From NCBI RefSeq assembly GCF_006345805.1, contig NC_043001.1:7502001-7566000 (forward strand): 64,000 nt of DNA, in the 5' to 3' direction. Position numbers and translations under genes: made by a program. Every line of letters starts with the position of its first letter. The first letter of the stretch is position 1. This document shows, piece by piece, positions 1-13,855 of this stretch. The notes beneath the pieces were generated by a model. The model saw nothing but the letters and a program-made list of their open reading frames with translations, had not been told where the DNA came from and searched no databases. The DNA is from Octopus sinensis. Its lineage: Eukaryota.

Positions 1-77
1 CAGTTATTACTAAAGATTACAATTACAAACACACACATTTAAAATGATAGTCGTTCATGTATGTATGTACATATGCA

Positions 78-113
<36 letters not shown>

Positions 114-718
114 TCTAGTTATGTATGTAGGCGTGTGTATGAAGATACACACATACACATACAAACACACGCACACACACACACACATATATATATATAT
201 AATATATATGTAATATATATATACACATACATATATGCACAGACACAAACACATATATGCACATGCAGGAACGTCTATATCTGTCAATCAATATATATGT
301 GAAGTGATGCATGTATGTATATATGTAGGTATGTATGTAAGTATGTATACGGCGTACATACAGACGTACCATACTTTTGCATACGTAGTTTTATATATCT
401 ATCTATCAACCTCTCTTTTATTTCAGGTGGTGTTTTGTACTTACTAGAAATGAACTGAATTATTTTGTGAGAGGGGGCATTTGATTGCATAAAGTCCATT
501 GCTCAACTGCTACTAATTTAACGAACCCGATGCGACGATGAAGGAACAAACTGAACTCGGGGAAATGAAGCACATCGACCCTAACACTGAACTGGTACTA
601 ATTTTACTCAACTAGGGAGCAACAAATTCGACCTGGCAGTATTTCAAACGAAAACACAAAGACGTACTAAATTCTGTTAAGCATTTTATTCGGCATGCTA
701 GGTGGCTACAATTGCTAC

Positions 719-1400
719 ATGTTGCATATGGACGATCTCAGGCTGTATAACGTAAAGATGAACAACTGAAGATATTACTAGAGGCAATGCATGAATTTAC
801 CAAAGATATAAATATGAAATTCGGTTTAGAAAATTAGCTGAAATCAATCTTGAGTAGAAGAAACCTAATTCACAAAACAATATCAAACTAGGTAAAGGAA
901 ACGAAATAAAAGAACCAACCAGACATTTTCATACTCAGAGCTCAACTGTAATAATCAAAGTAAAACTAAGGAAGCTCTCTTAGTTGTAATTTACATTTAC
1001 ACTATTCTTAATAGGATGCAAATGTAATAGCGAAACTATAGAATGCGCCACCCAAACACTGGCATAGAAAGCTTACATATGCGATGAAATGATGGTGGGT
1101 GACCGTAGCCTTATATCACTAGAAAATCTATTATTAAGTATGCGGCATAGAACAGAAAACCAAGGAAAACTAATACAAATACACACAAATCATGATAAAA
1201 ACAAAAACAAAATTTGTCTTCAGGCAAGACGAAAATGAAAGGAAAGTATCATAATACCCGATAACTACGGAGGGAAATAGAGAAATATTACAAGGCGTAA
1301 AGCAACGAAAATCTAAGCTAAAACGGGAGCTATAAAGCATGCAGCCCACTGATATCACAGATTTGAGACTTATAAACACTGCAAGGTATGGAAAAAATTG
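719..1400 (+). mobile_element. Decayed non-LTR retrotransposon RT fragment, R4/Dong-like (restriction-like endonuclease group)
   Basis: Manual translation across frameshifts and stops gives MLHMDDLRLY (RT YMDDLKLY motif) at 719, KDEQLKILLEAMHEFTKDINMKFGLE, and HPNTGIESLHMR*NDGG at ~1049, matching the HPxxxxxRLYLPRxxGGRGL motif of this LINE group. Confidence 0.7.
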
Positions 1401-1825
1401 TATAGACATACCCTAGAAAATGACTCGTAAAATGGGAAAGCAACCATCATCTTGGTTATCACAGAGAGAGAGATTAAGACGAATAGGCCAGGAACAATTG
1501 GCAGGTATCACCAAGAAAAAAAAATGTCTTTTACCCGAAAACACAAAGACGTACGAAATCGTGTTAAGTATTTTGTCCGGCATGCTTAGTGGATACAACT
1601 GCTATATCATTTTTACGCCCCACACTTCCCAGGGGGATCAAGGAAATCCTGCTTTTGTGACTTTTCACGGGCAGACGTAGGTAGTTTCCCGCTTTTTGAT
1701 ATTTAGTTTGTAATGTTTTTATTGCTATTAACTTTTTACGCGATGAAAATGCCACACATTTTGCGTTCCGTTGTCCTGTGATGTCTCCAATCTTTTATAT
1801 AAACCATCAGCGATGTAAATCGAAG

Positions 1826-1972
1826 AGATTATTATTATTATCATTATTATTATTATTATTATTATTATTGCTACTACTACTATTATTATTATTATTATTA
1901 TTGCTACTACTACTACTATTAATATTATTATTATTATTATTATTATTGCTACTACTACTATTATTATTATTA

Positions 1973-2012
<40 letters not shown>

Positions 2013-2088
2013 TATTATTATTGCTACTACTATTATTATTATATTATTATTATTATTATTATATTATTATTATTATTGCTACTACTAC

Positions 2089-2148
<60 letters not shown>

Positions 2149-2160
2149 TGCTACTACTAC

Positions 2161-2203
<43 letters not shown>

Positions 2204-2220
2204 GCTACTACTACAACTAC

Positions 2221-2278
<58 letters not shown>

Positions 2279-2292
2279 GCTACTACTACTAC

Positions 2293-2359
<67 letters not shown>

Positions 2360-2435
2360 GCTACTACTACTACTATTATTATTATTATTATTATTATTGT
2401 TGTTGTTGTTGTTGTTATTATTATTATTATTATTA
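1826..2435. repeat. Compound (ATT)n microsatellite with recurring GCT(ACT)n interruptions
   Basis: Seen directly; source of the poly-L/I/Y ORFs 1778..2461 and 2076..2474. Confidence 0.95.
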
Positions 2436-2630
2436 AGGCAGCGAGCTGTCAGAATCGTTAGCGCTCTGGACTAACTGCTTAATTTTACTCCGCATATCAC
2501 TAATTTCTAAGCACAAATTCTTCAGAGGTCGACTTTGCTTTTCATTCTTTCGGGGTCGATAAAATAAGTATTAGTTGAATACTGGGGTCAATGTAATACA
2601 CTCATCCCCGCACCCCCGAATATTGCTGCT
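2436..2630 (+). mobile_element. tRNA-headed SINE group A, diverged monomer
   Basis: Starts AAGGCAGCGAGCTGTCAGAATCGTTAG and has the body GAGGTCGACTTTGC...TTTCGGGGTCGATAAA shared with other group A copies. Confidence 0.75.
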
Positions 2631-2744
2631 ATTATTCATTGCTGAATGTTTAAGTATTTTGTTTTTGTAAACTTGTTGCACGCAGAACGACAGTATAAAC
2701 CATTTGAAATTTGCATGTAGCATCTATTGCTATTTAGCTACTGA

Positions 2745-3161
2745 AAGGCGGTGAGCTGGCAGAAACGTTAGCTCGCCGGGCAAAATGCTTAGCGGTATTT
2801 CATCTGCCGTTACGTTCTGAGCTCAAATTCCGCCGAGGTCGACTTTGCCTTTTATCCTTTCGGAGTCGATAAATTCAGTACCAGTTACGCACTGGAGTCG
2901 ATGTAATCGACTTAATCCGTTTGTCTGTCCTTGCTTGTTCCCTCTGTGTTTAGCCCCTTGTGGGTAGTAAAGAAATAGGTATTTCGCCTGCCGTTACGTT
3001 GTGAGTTCAAATTCCGCCGCGGTCGACTTTGCCTTTCAACCTTTCGGGGTCGATAAATTGAGTACCAGTTACACAATGGGGTCGATGTAATCAGCTTAAT
3101 CCTTTTGTCTGTCCTTGTCTGTCCCCTCTGTGTTTAGCCTCTTGTGGGTAGCAAAGAAATA
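2745..3161 (+). mobile_element. SINE group A, head plus two tandem 184-bp units, with 16-bp TSD
   Basis: A-box/B-box-like head (GAGCTGGCAGAA...GAGCTCAAATTCC); unit restarts at GGTATTTC 2794 and 2978; exact TSD GCTATTTAGCTACTGA at 2729-2744 and 3162-3177. Confidence 0.9.
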
Positions 3162-4418
3162 GCTATTTAGCTACTGATTAGCTTTTAGTCAGTATTTATG
3201 AGTGTTACATAATTTTGACACACATTGTTTTGATAGAATAGCAGCCGGAATAGTTTTAAAAAAGATAACATATGCAATATTATATGTTTATACTTTGATA
3301 ACATACCCATCAAACTTTTGCTTCTGTGGATCATAACCTGCATAACATCTATATCTATCCTTTTTTAAAAACATCTTGTTTCATATTGTTTCTATGTATT
3401 TTGCTTGTATCGTTTTAACTTCATAAATTTATATTGCTTCGTAGATTTTATATTTAATGTTATGCTTTTGATTTACATAGAATTATTTCTTTGTCTTCTT
3501 TCGAATTCTGGGTAACTTCACAACTCCTACATACATGTATGCAATAAGATTAAGTCACTACCCTCAGGAAATTAATAAAATGTGATGTATGTCAGAAAAA
3601 TATATACACAAATATAGGAAAATATAAAACGAAAAATCGAGATTCATGAATCTTGTAGTTTTCAGCAGAAACGTCAAAGCTAAACCGATTCAATCAGGTT
3701 GTAAACCGACAAAATGTAGATGCCATTAACTCCTGTCTAATTTTACGAGCGCTACGCGAGTGGCTGTGTGAAATATAGCAGTTTTCTCTGTTACAATATT
3801 GAAGATGGTGAAATAGATGAATATGTATGATGCATTCAGTATTAATCTGAAATATATGGAGGTTATAATTTACCGTGACAACTTTTACGGCATTGAAATA
3901 TTTTATTATCTGTCCAAAATACAAGACGTTCCCCGATTGCTGTAGATTCGGTGGCTTTGAGGCAGCATTGTTCTTTATATATACGGTACTGTAAAACAAA
4001 AAAAAAGCGCCTCTAATATATATAAGTATAGCATTTAGTGAAACACAAGTTATGTGTCTTGGATTTGACAGTTTGTCCGTCTATTTATTTTTATTTGTTT
4101 AAAATTCAATCCAAGTTATACCATATACATAATGAAAATAGAAATAATCTAAGCAATAAATCCAAATCTATTTAATTCCATTTCAATCTTGGTCTTTGCA
4201 AAGTCATGTTAATTTACTCTGACATCTAAATCGTTAAGCTTCTGTTTCAAGACCCACTCATAGTGTTGCAAGTGCTGTATGCATGCGTTTGTGTGCACAC
4301 AAGCACACACATGCACGCACAAACATATGCACACAAACGCACACATATACATATCTACGTGCACTTGGGCGAATTCAGTCAAGCTCTTATGTACAATTAC
4401 ACATATATATATATATAT

Positions 4419-4499
<81 letters not shown>

Positions 4500-5574
4500 T
4501 TATCAAATAAGATACAGGGAAAAAGAAAATATCACCCAGAAATATAACTGTGCTTGATTGTAAAACCTACCATATTTGCGTATTCACATTATTTAACGAA
4601 ACAGATAAATGTAAATTATATGTACATAATAATTATTTATATGCAAATAAAAACATCCAAATGAAAAACCAGGCTTTAGGGCATGTTTCCCGCATCAAGA
4701 ACTTGGATGAACATGCTTCCAGAATGTTTAGAGCTTCGTGGATGCAGTAATGATGAACGAAAGAAACCCCAGAGTTTTGCGTAAAAAAGGTATATTAATA
4801 ATTAGGAGTAACTTACAGGTAGCAGTCTTCATGAACCTCTCAAAGGATTCCACTTTTATTGAAATATTCTTAATTTTAATTATCTGCATTCTAAATGTGA
4901 CAACATGAGGTGTTATGCTCCTATGATGCGTGGTAACGACTTAAAAGTACATTTTATTAAAATAGTTTAACAGAGTCTAAAGTCATGTGTACCTTACCGG
5001 AATGTAGTTTAAAATTAATTATATATATATTTGAGTGTCATGTACGCACCACTTTTGTTGATGTAAACAATACAAATGAAAATATTTTGTGAAAAATAAT
5101 CTTATTTCACACAAATTAATTATTGACAATGATCCAAAACATATGACATCGTTCATGAAGCAATAAATGTATTTACAAAAAATGCATACAAATTCTAGAA
5201 TAACGATTCTGATTGCATTCCAATATAGAAGATACTATTCTGATAGAATTTAAAGCACGTATATTTTTATTTATTTATTCCTGTGTTGGTAAGCTGATTT
5301 CATTATTTATGTTTCCGTTCCAACACAAGAATGTCAGTTTAAGAATGTCATCTGTTAAGGATGATGGCAAGGAATAGAACACACAAGTTGGTTAAAACCA
5401 TAATGCTGTTAAATACTTCTCTGTAAAACGTAGGTTATTCTCCCGCAATCTTAGAAAAAGGAGGCAGTTAGAATTTTGGAGGACTCCTCATTAGCGCTTT
5501 CGTTCGTTTAACGGAAATATTCAAGACAGAAATTAAAACCAAAATCAATTTGGTTTTAATTATTGTTTTGAGGC

Positions 5575-6300
5575 ACGCCGAGCGAAAGGTTTAGCGTTAT
5601 TTCGTCTGCCGCTACGTCCTGCGTTCAAATTCCGCTGAGGTCGACTTTGCCTTTCATCCTTTCGGTGTCGATTAAATAAGTACCAGTTACGCACTGGGGT
5701 CGATATAATCGACTTAATCCGTGTGTCTGTACTTGTTTGTCCTCTCTGTGTTTAGCCCCCCTTGTGGGTAGTAAAGAAATAGGTATTTCGCCTGCCGTTA
5801 CGAAGGCGGCCAGCTGGCAGAAACGTTAGCACGCCGGGCGAAATGCGTAGCCGTATTTCGTCTGCCGTTACGTTCTGAGTTCAAATTCCGCCGAGGTCGA
5901 CTGTGCCTTTAATTCTTTCGGGGTCGATAAATTAAGTACCAGTTACGCACTGGGGTCGATATAATCGACTTAATCCGTTTGTCTGTACTTGTTTGTCCCC
6001 CCTGTGTTTAGCCCCTTGAGGGTAGTAAATAAATAGGTATTTCGCCTGCCGTTACGTTGTGAGTTAAAATTCAGCCGAGGTAAACTTTGCCTTTCATCCT
6101 TCCGGGGTCGATAAATTAAGTACCAGTTACGCACTGGGGTCGATATAATCGACTTAATCCGTGTATCTGTCCTTCTTTGTCCCTTCTGTGTTTAGCCTCT
6201 TGTGGGTAGAAAAAAATCGATATTTCGTCCGACTTTACATCCTCAGTTCAAATACCGCCTAGGTCGACTTTACCTTTTCTGGGTCTATAGATTAACAACT
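5575..6300 (+). mobile_element. SINE group A multimer cluster (about 4 units; new head at 5803)
   Basis: Same 184-bp unit; restarts at 5852 and 6036; diverged partial unit after ~6220. Confidence 0.85.
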
Positions 6301-7218
6301 ACACACAATTTTCAGCCATTACCAAAACTTAAATTTCATTCTTCTCACTATATTTTAAAATATTTTAAATATTTTAAAATTAATTTTGTACATTCCATAT
6401 AAATATTCTTTATGCAACAGATATTTATATAATGTATTCGATGAAATATATTTTTTATCATTTAAATTTTGAAATTCTACACTCATTTAATCTACAATCA
6501 AGCATATTCTATCAATATAAACTGAAATAGTAGTATCAAAAACATAAGAATAAGTACGTAACTGAATAATGATTCCATCTCTAAGAGCCATAATTTTCGT
6601 CTGAACTCGGATTTCATGGCGTAAAAGTGAGTGAGATTACAATATACCCCACTAAGAAGGATGCGAGTGTGAACGCACAAATTTCCCAGCTAAAGATTGT
6701 ATATGTTAACACTTGAGGATATTGAATAAAATGAAATAAAATGTCTTGCTCAAGAAGAGAATCACCTCTCCTGACCGGGAATGAGACCACGATTTTACGA
6801 TTTCAAGTAAAATAGTGTATCCCTAAAATAGTGTATCCATAAATGAATAAGAAGTATAATTTAAAACTTAATTATTTGGACATATGTTTCATAATTTATT
6901 TGAAATTCCCGTTGAGATCTCATTGACAAACACCATTAAATCCAATGAAGCAGTATAGACATGCTTTTTTAAAACTTGTCTACGTGAAATGAGAATAAAC
7001 TCTTTATAGAACTTATTATGAAGCCATGATGTTCCTTGCTGGGTAAACGGAGGCAGCACAGAAACGCTGCATACATCTGCAGCAACTGATGACAAATTCA
7101 GATCCTCCAACAGAATAATTTGTATTAAAAAGGAATTAAATCTCCGCTGCTTTTAGCGATACGCTTCTACATCTTGATCAGAAAACTTTTCCTCTTCACA
7201 TCGAGTTTTGCTAACTTT

Positions 7219-7623
7219 GCTCTTTTACTCTTTTACTTGTTTCAGTCATTTGACTTCGGCCATGCTGGAGCACCGCCTTTAATCGAGTAAACTCGACCCC
7301 GGGACATATTCTTTTTGTAAGCCCAGTACTTTTTCTATCGGTCTCTTTTGCCGAACCGCTAAGTGACGGGGACCTAAACACACCAGCATCGGTTGTCAAG
7401 CAAAGCTAGGGGGACAAACACAAACACACACACATATATATATATATATACATATATACGACAAGCTTCTTTCAGTTTCCGTCTAACAAATCCACTCACA
7501 AGGCATTGGTCGGTCCGGGGCTATAGCAGAAGACACTTGCCCAAGGTGCCACGCAGTGGGACTGAACCCGGAACCATGTGGTTGGTTAGCAAGCTACTTA
7601 CCACACAGCCACTCCTGCGCCTA
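7219..7623 (-). mobile_element. tRNA-headed SINE group C, full length
   Basis: Minus-strand head TAGGCGCAGGAGTGGCTGTGTGGTAAGTAGC...GGTTCAGTCCC, internal (TA)/(TG) tract, tail ...CTGAAACAAGTAAAAGAGTAAAAGAG; near-identical copies at 13181 and 19178. Confidence 0.9.
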
Positions 7624-8620
7624 TTTCTTTTTTTTTTCTTTTTGTCATCATGAAAGTATTCACGATCTTCGAGTTGTTCGACAATCCAAAAATGACATCA
7701 CTTATAATTTACGTTTGTACGTTTACTAAACCTTCACTTCTTTTGAATGGGATAGCTTTTGTGCTTACGATGAAACCTAATTACATGAAGTAATCAAGCG
7801 CACCTGTTAATTAAGCTGTTTGTTCAACACAAGTACAGGAAGTTAAGTGAATACAAACTATGCAACATGCATCTACATGCGCACGTGGAAACAGTATATT
7901 TGTATATTTTTTAAAGTTTGCTAAATATCTTACTACACAGACACACACGCACAAAAGCATACCCACATATACCAGCACACACAGATATCCTTCGCCACAA
8001 TTTCTGTCTGCATACGGATATACACATATACATATATACGTATATATGTTCGCTAATACCAACACATGGTCTTGCATACAGAGATACATTCCTACACATA
8101 CAGTTATATAATCGCGTAACACTTACATTAATGCTAATATTTACGTATACACTTACCTACAGCGTTAGAGGTTTGCATAAAGATATTTACCTTGTTTTGG
8201 TTATATGCACATATATCCTAAACAAACACGAGTACATACGCAACTTGCAGGCTCGTTCACAGATATGCACTTATGTAAATATTACATCAATATGTTCTGT
8301 ATCCTCATTACTATATAATACTTTAGGTGTAATGTTTATTTAATACACACTTCGCTTCCCGATTACATAATCGTTGTTATATTGACTGCTTGAAGAGTAC
8401 GAATAATAATAGTATTCTGCTGTGAAGGATATACATCTGTTTTATATAAATTTTCATATCTACGCGCTCATATGAGTACAAGAATCACGTTGAAGTTTGA
8501 ATGCTTAAGAACAGGATTAAGATTACTTCCGTTGTCCAGAAATCACAAAAAAAAACATTTGTAACATTTGTACCGTTAGCTAAACCATTTTCATTTGAGT
8601 TCATATTTATTTAGTATCGT

Positions 8621-8857
8621 GGAGGCACGTGGCTTAGTGGTTAGGGTGTCGAACTCATGAGCGTAATGTTGTGGTTTCGATTCCTGACCCGGGCGATGCG
8701 TTGTGTTCTTGAGCAAAACACTTCATTTCACGTTGCTCCAGTCCACTCAGCTGGCAAAACTGAGTAATCCCGCGACGGACCGGCGTCCCGTCCAGGTGAG
8801 GAATTTCTACGCCACTGAAACCGGGAAACCGGCCCTTATGAACCTGGCATGGCTCGA
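8621..8857 (+). mobile_element. tRNA-headed SINE group B (tail type 1)
   Basis: GGAGGCACGTGGCTTAGTGGTTAGGG (A-box-like)...GGTTTCGATTCC (B-box-like), body GTGTTCTTGAGCAAAACAC. Confidence 0.8.
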
Positions 8858-9737
8858 GAAGGATTTATTATATTTAGTACAACGTACCTGCAAATCATTC
8901 ATGTTTTTATGCCAGTTCCAGGAATGCGTTTAATAAGTAAATTGGTATTTTCAATTACTTAACACCGCTGTGTACGGTGGCAATGTTTTCGGAGGCAGGA
9001 ATATGATAGATGGGTTCTGATGAAGGAGCAAAAATCCCCAAAGTATGGCATATACTCATATTACCCACTTTTGTACCCTATCTAATTTTTTCTTGACATC
9101 TGACGTCTAGATACGAAACGTTGTAGCAAAACTGTGTGTTAGCTCTAAATTTCATAGAATATCTAGAAATACATTTAATGAAATTCATATTTAGTATTCC
9201 TACACTTCACACACCAGCTCGCCGCCAAACGTGACGACATATTCCGTCTACTTAGGTGTGATGTGGGGTATTAAAACTATTAATATTTAACCGTTTAAAA
9301 GGATTATTAATTTTGAATGTGTTAAGTGTACACATGTTAAATGCATCAGCGTTTATAAGAGTTAGGACAATAATAACAAAGAAAAAATCTAGAATTTGCA
9401 TTTGAACTATAATAATAATATTAGGAATAATAACTACGTGTGAAGTTGCGAAATATGATTTTTAAACATTTAGATTTGATTAATATATTCTGGAATAAAT
9501 TCGTTGCATTTTGCAGATTAGAAACATTTTCATGCATTTGAGATGCAAAAGGAAACATTTTATCTGCATTAATCCATATAATCAACACCATTGCAATTTA
9601 TGCTTTCCGGTGATATTTAATTCCTGAAGTGATATCTGCTGACATCAAGTTTGCCATTTAAAACATATATATAAACATCATTCTAACTATTTATCTCCCT
9701 CTCTCTCTCTCTTTCACTCTATCATATATATACATAT

Positions 9738-9844
<107 letters not shown>

Positions 9845-9853
9845 CATATATAC

Positions 9854-9924
<71 letters not shown>

Positions 9925-10241
9925 TATTTATACATATATATATATACATATATATGTGCAAGTCTATACCAAAAAGAAAGAGATGATTAAAAAAAAATTG
10001 GATTGTGTTAATTGCAATTATGTTCTTAAGATAAAGCCAAATTACGTAGATTTATTACTGTAATATAAATGCGAAATTTGTGTTAATAAATACTTTTCGT
10101 TTGTAAATTATTATGCATTTCATTATTTTTTATGAACACAAAGACATTTGATAAATGTTAAACTGCAATTATGATATGTACACTCAGTGGCAACATATTA
10201 ACATTAGTGATAAAAGTTACCAGTCTGTAAGATCTCTCGTT

Positions 10242-10732
10242 CGGGGTCAACACACTACGGTTCACGGGCCGGATCCAGTCCGCGAGATCAGTTTATTCGG
10301 CCGGCCGCCGCACTACACCTTTCGTGTAAGTACCTGCAATGGGAGCTCATTTATCTCTGATATGGCATCAGTGTTTGGAACAACTTATGTCTGTGAGCAA
10401 ACACTTTCCAAAATAAAGAATATGAAGTCAGCACATTGTATGACGTTGATGGATGAAAGCAATTCCAAAGCAAATATTATGATATCTTTAAAGCTAAACA
10501 ACAGTTTCACAAATCTCAATAACCGTTTTGGCTTCTTAGTTTGTGAGATTCATTTAGGTGCGCAGTGGGTGTGACATAACTAGCTTAATGCTAACGCCGC
10601 CTTCTTTCATAACTTTTTGGGAAATGAATATATTGATTGTCTTTATGTTTTGTGTATTCAGTGCATTGTGGTCCGTGTTCGTTCTTCTCTCGTCATTACC
10701 TGGCCCGCCGTGAAAAACGTTTGGTGACCCTG
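10242..10732 (+). mobile_element. Internally deleted hAT (Charlie/SPIN-like) DNA transposon
   Basis: Imperfect 14-bp TIRs (CGGGGTCAACACAC / GTTTGGTGACCCTG, 11/14); 8-bp TSD CTCTCGTT (10234-10241) / CTCTAGTT (10733-10740); peptide SVFGTTYVCEQTLSKIKNMKS resembles the hAT C-terminal dimerisation motif (FGSTYxCEQxFS). Confidence 0.85.
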
Positions 10733-13180
10733 CTCTAGTTAAATAATACACTATGAACTGAAATAATTTTGAAGGAACAGGAGAATATCTCTTACTTTTT
10801 CAGACTGATATATAATAAGATGTATAAATCGGTATAAAACATTTAGATAAGTCATAAAAATTGAAATGCTGAAATATGATATGAATTCATACTACATATC
10901 ATACACTTAATTAACTAATTATAATTGTGAGCTGAGCAAATAATATCTTGCATATGCTGGTTATCGCCTATGAGAATTTAAACGTCTCTCAAGTGATACC
11001 ATATTTTAAATCTTAGGGCACTAGAAACTCTAGTTCTATGTATCATCAAATACAATCTCAAATTAAGAAACTAATCTTTTCATTATCCCTACATCCCAAG
11101 AACAAGGATGTGCGTAGTAATTTCACAAACTTAATAAATATTGTAATTAAAGAAAATCGTCTGATTTATATAAAATTGATGACGTTAACTATGAAATAAT
11201 AATAGAAGCTTTTAATTTAATTCTGCAAAAATTTTTTCAATCATTCACTCGTACTTAACTGATTCTCTGTATACGTCTATTAGTTATATATATAGGAGAG
11301 GAATATATATATACATATATATATTTTTTTTTTTGTTTGTGTGCATGCGTGTGTGCATGCGTGTGCGTACGTGTTTGTGTGCGTAAGAGGGTTTGTGTGT
11401 ATGTATGTGTTTTTGCTGCTTGCTTGGTTTCACTGGAAGCTCTAAATTATAAATGGAAAGATAGAAGGAATATTTAACTTATATTAAGCAAATGTATACA
11501 TACTTTAGTCCGCACCTGTATACGCGTGTATATGTGTGTGCATATGTGTAGAGTGGAGTTGTGTTCGTGCGTTTGTGTTTGTGTGTGTGTGCGACTGTGT
11601 GTGTGTGTATGAGTGGTGTCATTTCTGAGTTACGAGGAAAGAGCAGATCAGCTCCTGGTGGCAATGATTCTTGTAATGGCCAATTAAAACGGTTTCAGGT
11701 CATTCCATGCTGGAAAGCCCTAATCAAGAAAGAGATTTATGAGGGTCTGTGCATCGAAGTTTGAAACATTGGGCTTTGAGATAAGTACGGTGTAATTAAA
11801 GGGAAGAAACCACAACTTTCATAAGAGGTTAAGAAATAAGTTTGTCCGTTATGCCCTATGTACGATTCGAACCTGCTCTGCATAGGCAATAGAAAGGATG
11901 CTGCGTACGTTACCTAGTTCAAGTGATGATAACGCATACTGAGAAGGGTTAGAGCCAAGAAATAGAAATTTGCGAAACAATATATTTGTACCAAATTATA
12001 TTGGAGCACTAATGACTCTTTAGAATTATTTCTAGCATTGCTAAATGTCTACTCCAAAGGAGAATAATTCAAATAACACATTAGGCATATAATAGAACGT
12101 CGATGACGCAGCGCTGTGGTGGATATTACTATGATTTTCGCCACAAGACATCCGGAAACTTATGTTCAACAGAGTAATTATATATGAAGATGTGAGCGGA
12201 AAAGTCGTAATGTTACGACGCTGAATCATTAATTTCATTCATTAGACAATTTCTACAATTGAATTCTGCAGATAACATCTTTGTTGCCTTTTGCAGTCGA
12301 TACGATAAATCTGCATGATTTACTAAATTTCATCAATTATGCATACATACGCAAACGCATACACAAACGTGCGGGAACACACAGAAACAGACGGACAAAC
12401 AGGACCGCACGCACATGAAGACACACTTATCTTCGCTGAAAATATAGTAATGAATGCAGAATTTATATACACATGTTGATTAGTATTCCGGATAATTATG
12501 CAATGTATTCTGAACGATGCTCTACTACATCGATATAATGAACTAAATAATAACCTAATTGTGAAGAATTGCCTAAAATTCACAAATGATAATCCTTTCC
12601 ATCTGGTAATTCAAATTACAGTGACGATTAAATTCACTTAATTAAGTGCGTCTTGTAGAGTAAACTCCAGGTGCGTGGGTTAAGTATATCAATTGGAAAT
12701 CTGTATCGTTTAAATGCTTGGCAGGATCAGATCCTACCTAGCATTTAAAACAGCATCATCATACATACTCTCTGATTCTTCAGAAAGATGTGAATATATG
12801 TACGTATGTACGTATGTATATATTACCGAAATTTTGCCGAAATAATGCCGTAATATAAGCGTCAAGCAGTGATTTAGACATAACCAAAGTTTAGGAGAGT
12901 TAAAATATATTTGTGCCATATTCCAACAGCTAAAACTAAGCGGCAAATTAATTGCGGTAAACGCGCAGAAATTTTTCACCACGATGGCTGCAGCCATTTG
13001 CCTATTAGCAGTTGAAATATGTCACAGAGATATTTCAACTACCACAAACTTTACATACACACATACACACATGCAGAGGCGCGCACACATACGCATTCAT
13101 ATAACTATATAAATATATATATATATATTTAAACATACAAGCACACATACACACACACACACATATATATATCCCACTTG

Positions 13181-13576
13181 TACTCTTTTACTCTTTTACT
13201 TGTTTCAGTCATTTGACTGGGGTCATGCTGGAGCACAGTCTTTAATCGAGCAAATCGACCCCGGGACTTATTCTTTTGTAAGCCCAGTACTTATTCTATC
13301 GGTCTATTTTGCCGAACATCTAAGTAGCGGGGACATAAACACACCAGCATCGGTTGTCAAGCAATGCTAGGGGGACAAACACAGACACACAAACACACAC
13401 ACATACATATATACATATATACATATATACGACGGGCTTCTTTCAGTTTCCGTCTACCAAATCCACTCACAAGGCTTTGGTCGGCCCGGGGCTATAGCAG
13501 AAGACACTTGCCCAAGATGCCACGCAATGGGACTGAACCCGCAACCATGTGGCTGGTAGACAAGCTACTTACCACA
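13181..13576 (-). mobile_element. SINE group C (head slightly truncated)
   Basis: High similarity to 7219-7623. Confidence 0.9.
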
Positions 13577-13801
13577 TATATATATGACGATTATTTGGGG
13601 TTAGTAAGATTTATTCGGTTGCATGGTAATGATTACGTATTGAGATTAAGAGTTTTTAAATTATAGGAATACTTATAGGGGGTTATTGCATCGTTATTTT
13701 TTTAATTTTCGATTGAAACGGGAGCTGCATTCGTGATATATAATGATTTTTGGACTTATGAGATTAAATATATACATGCATATAACCTGTATGTATCTGT
13801 A

Positions 13802-13843
<42 letters not shown>

Positions 13844-13855
13844 ATATATATATTT

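Noticed and set aside
5575-6300. CRISPR-like or satellite array
   Set aside because: Units are contiguous 184-bp SINE segments without unique spacers; eukaryotic context with no cas genes.
9010-9070. CTGATGA with a possible stem III (AGTAT/ATACT-C)
   Set aside because: GAAA is replaced by CAAA, stem I does not pair next to the core, and no TA run follows; at best a very old relic.
9095-9130. CTGACGT...CGAAACGTT
   Set aside because: Core A9 is missing, and there is no stem II or stem I complementarity.
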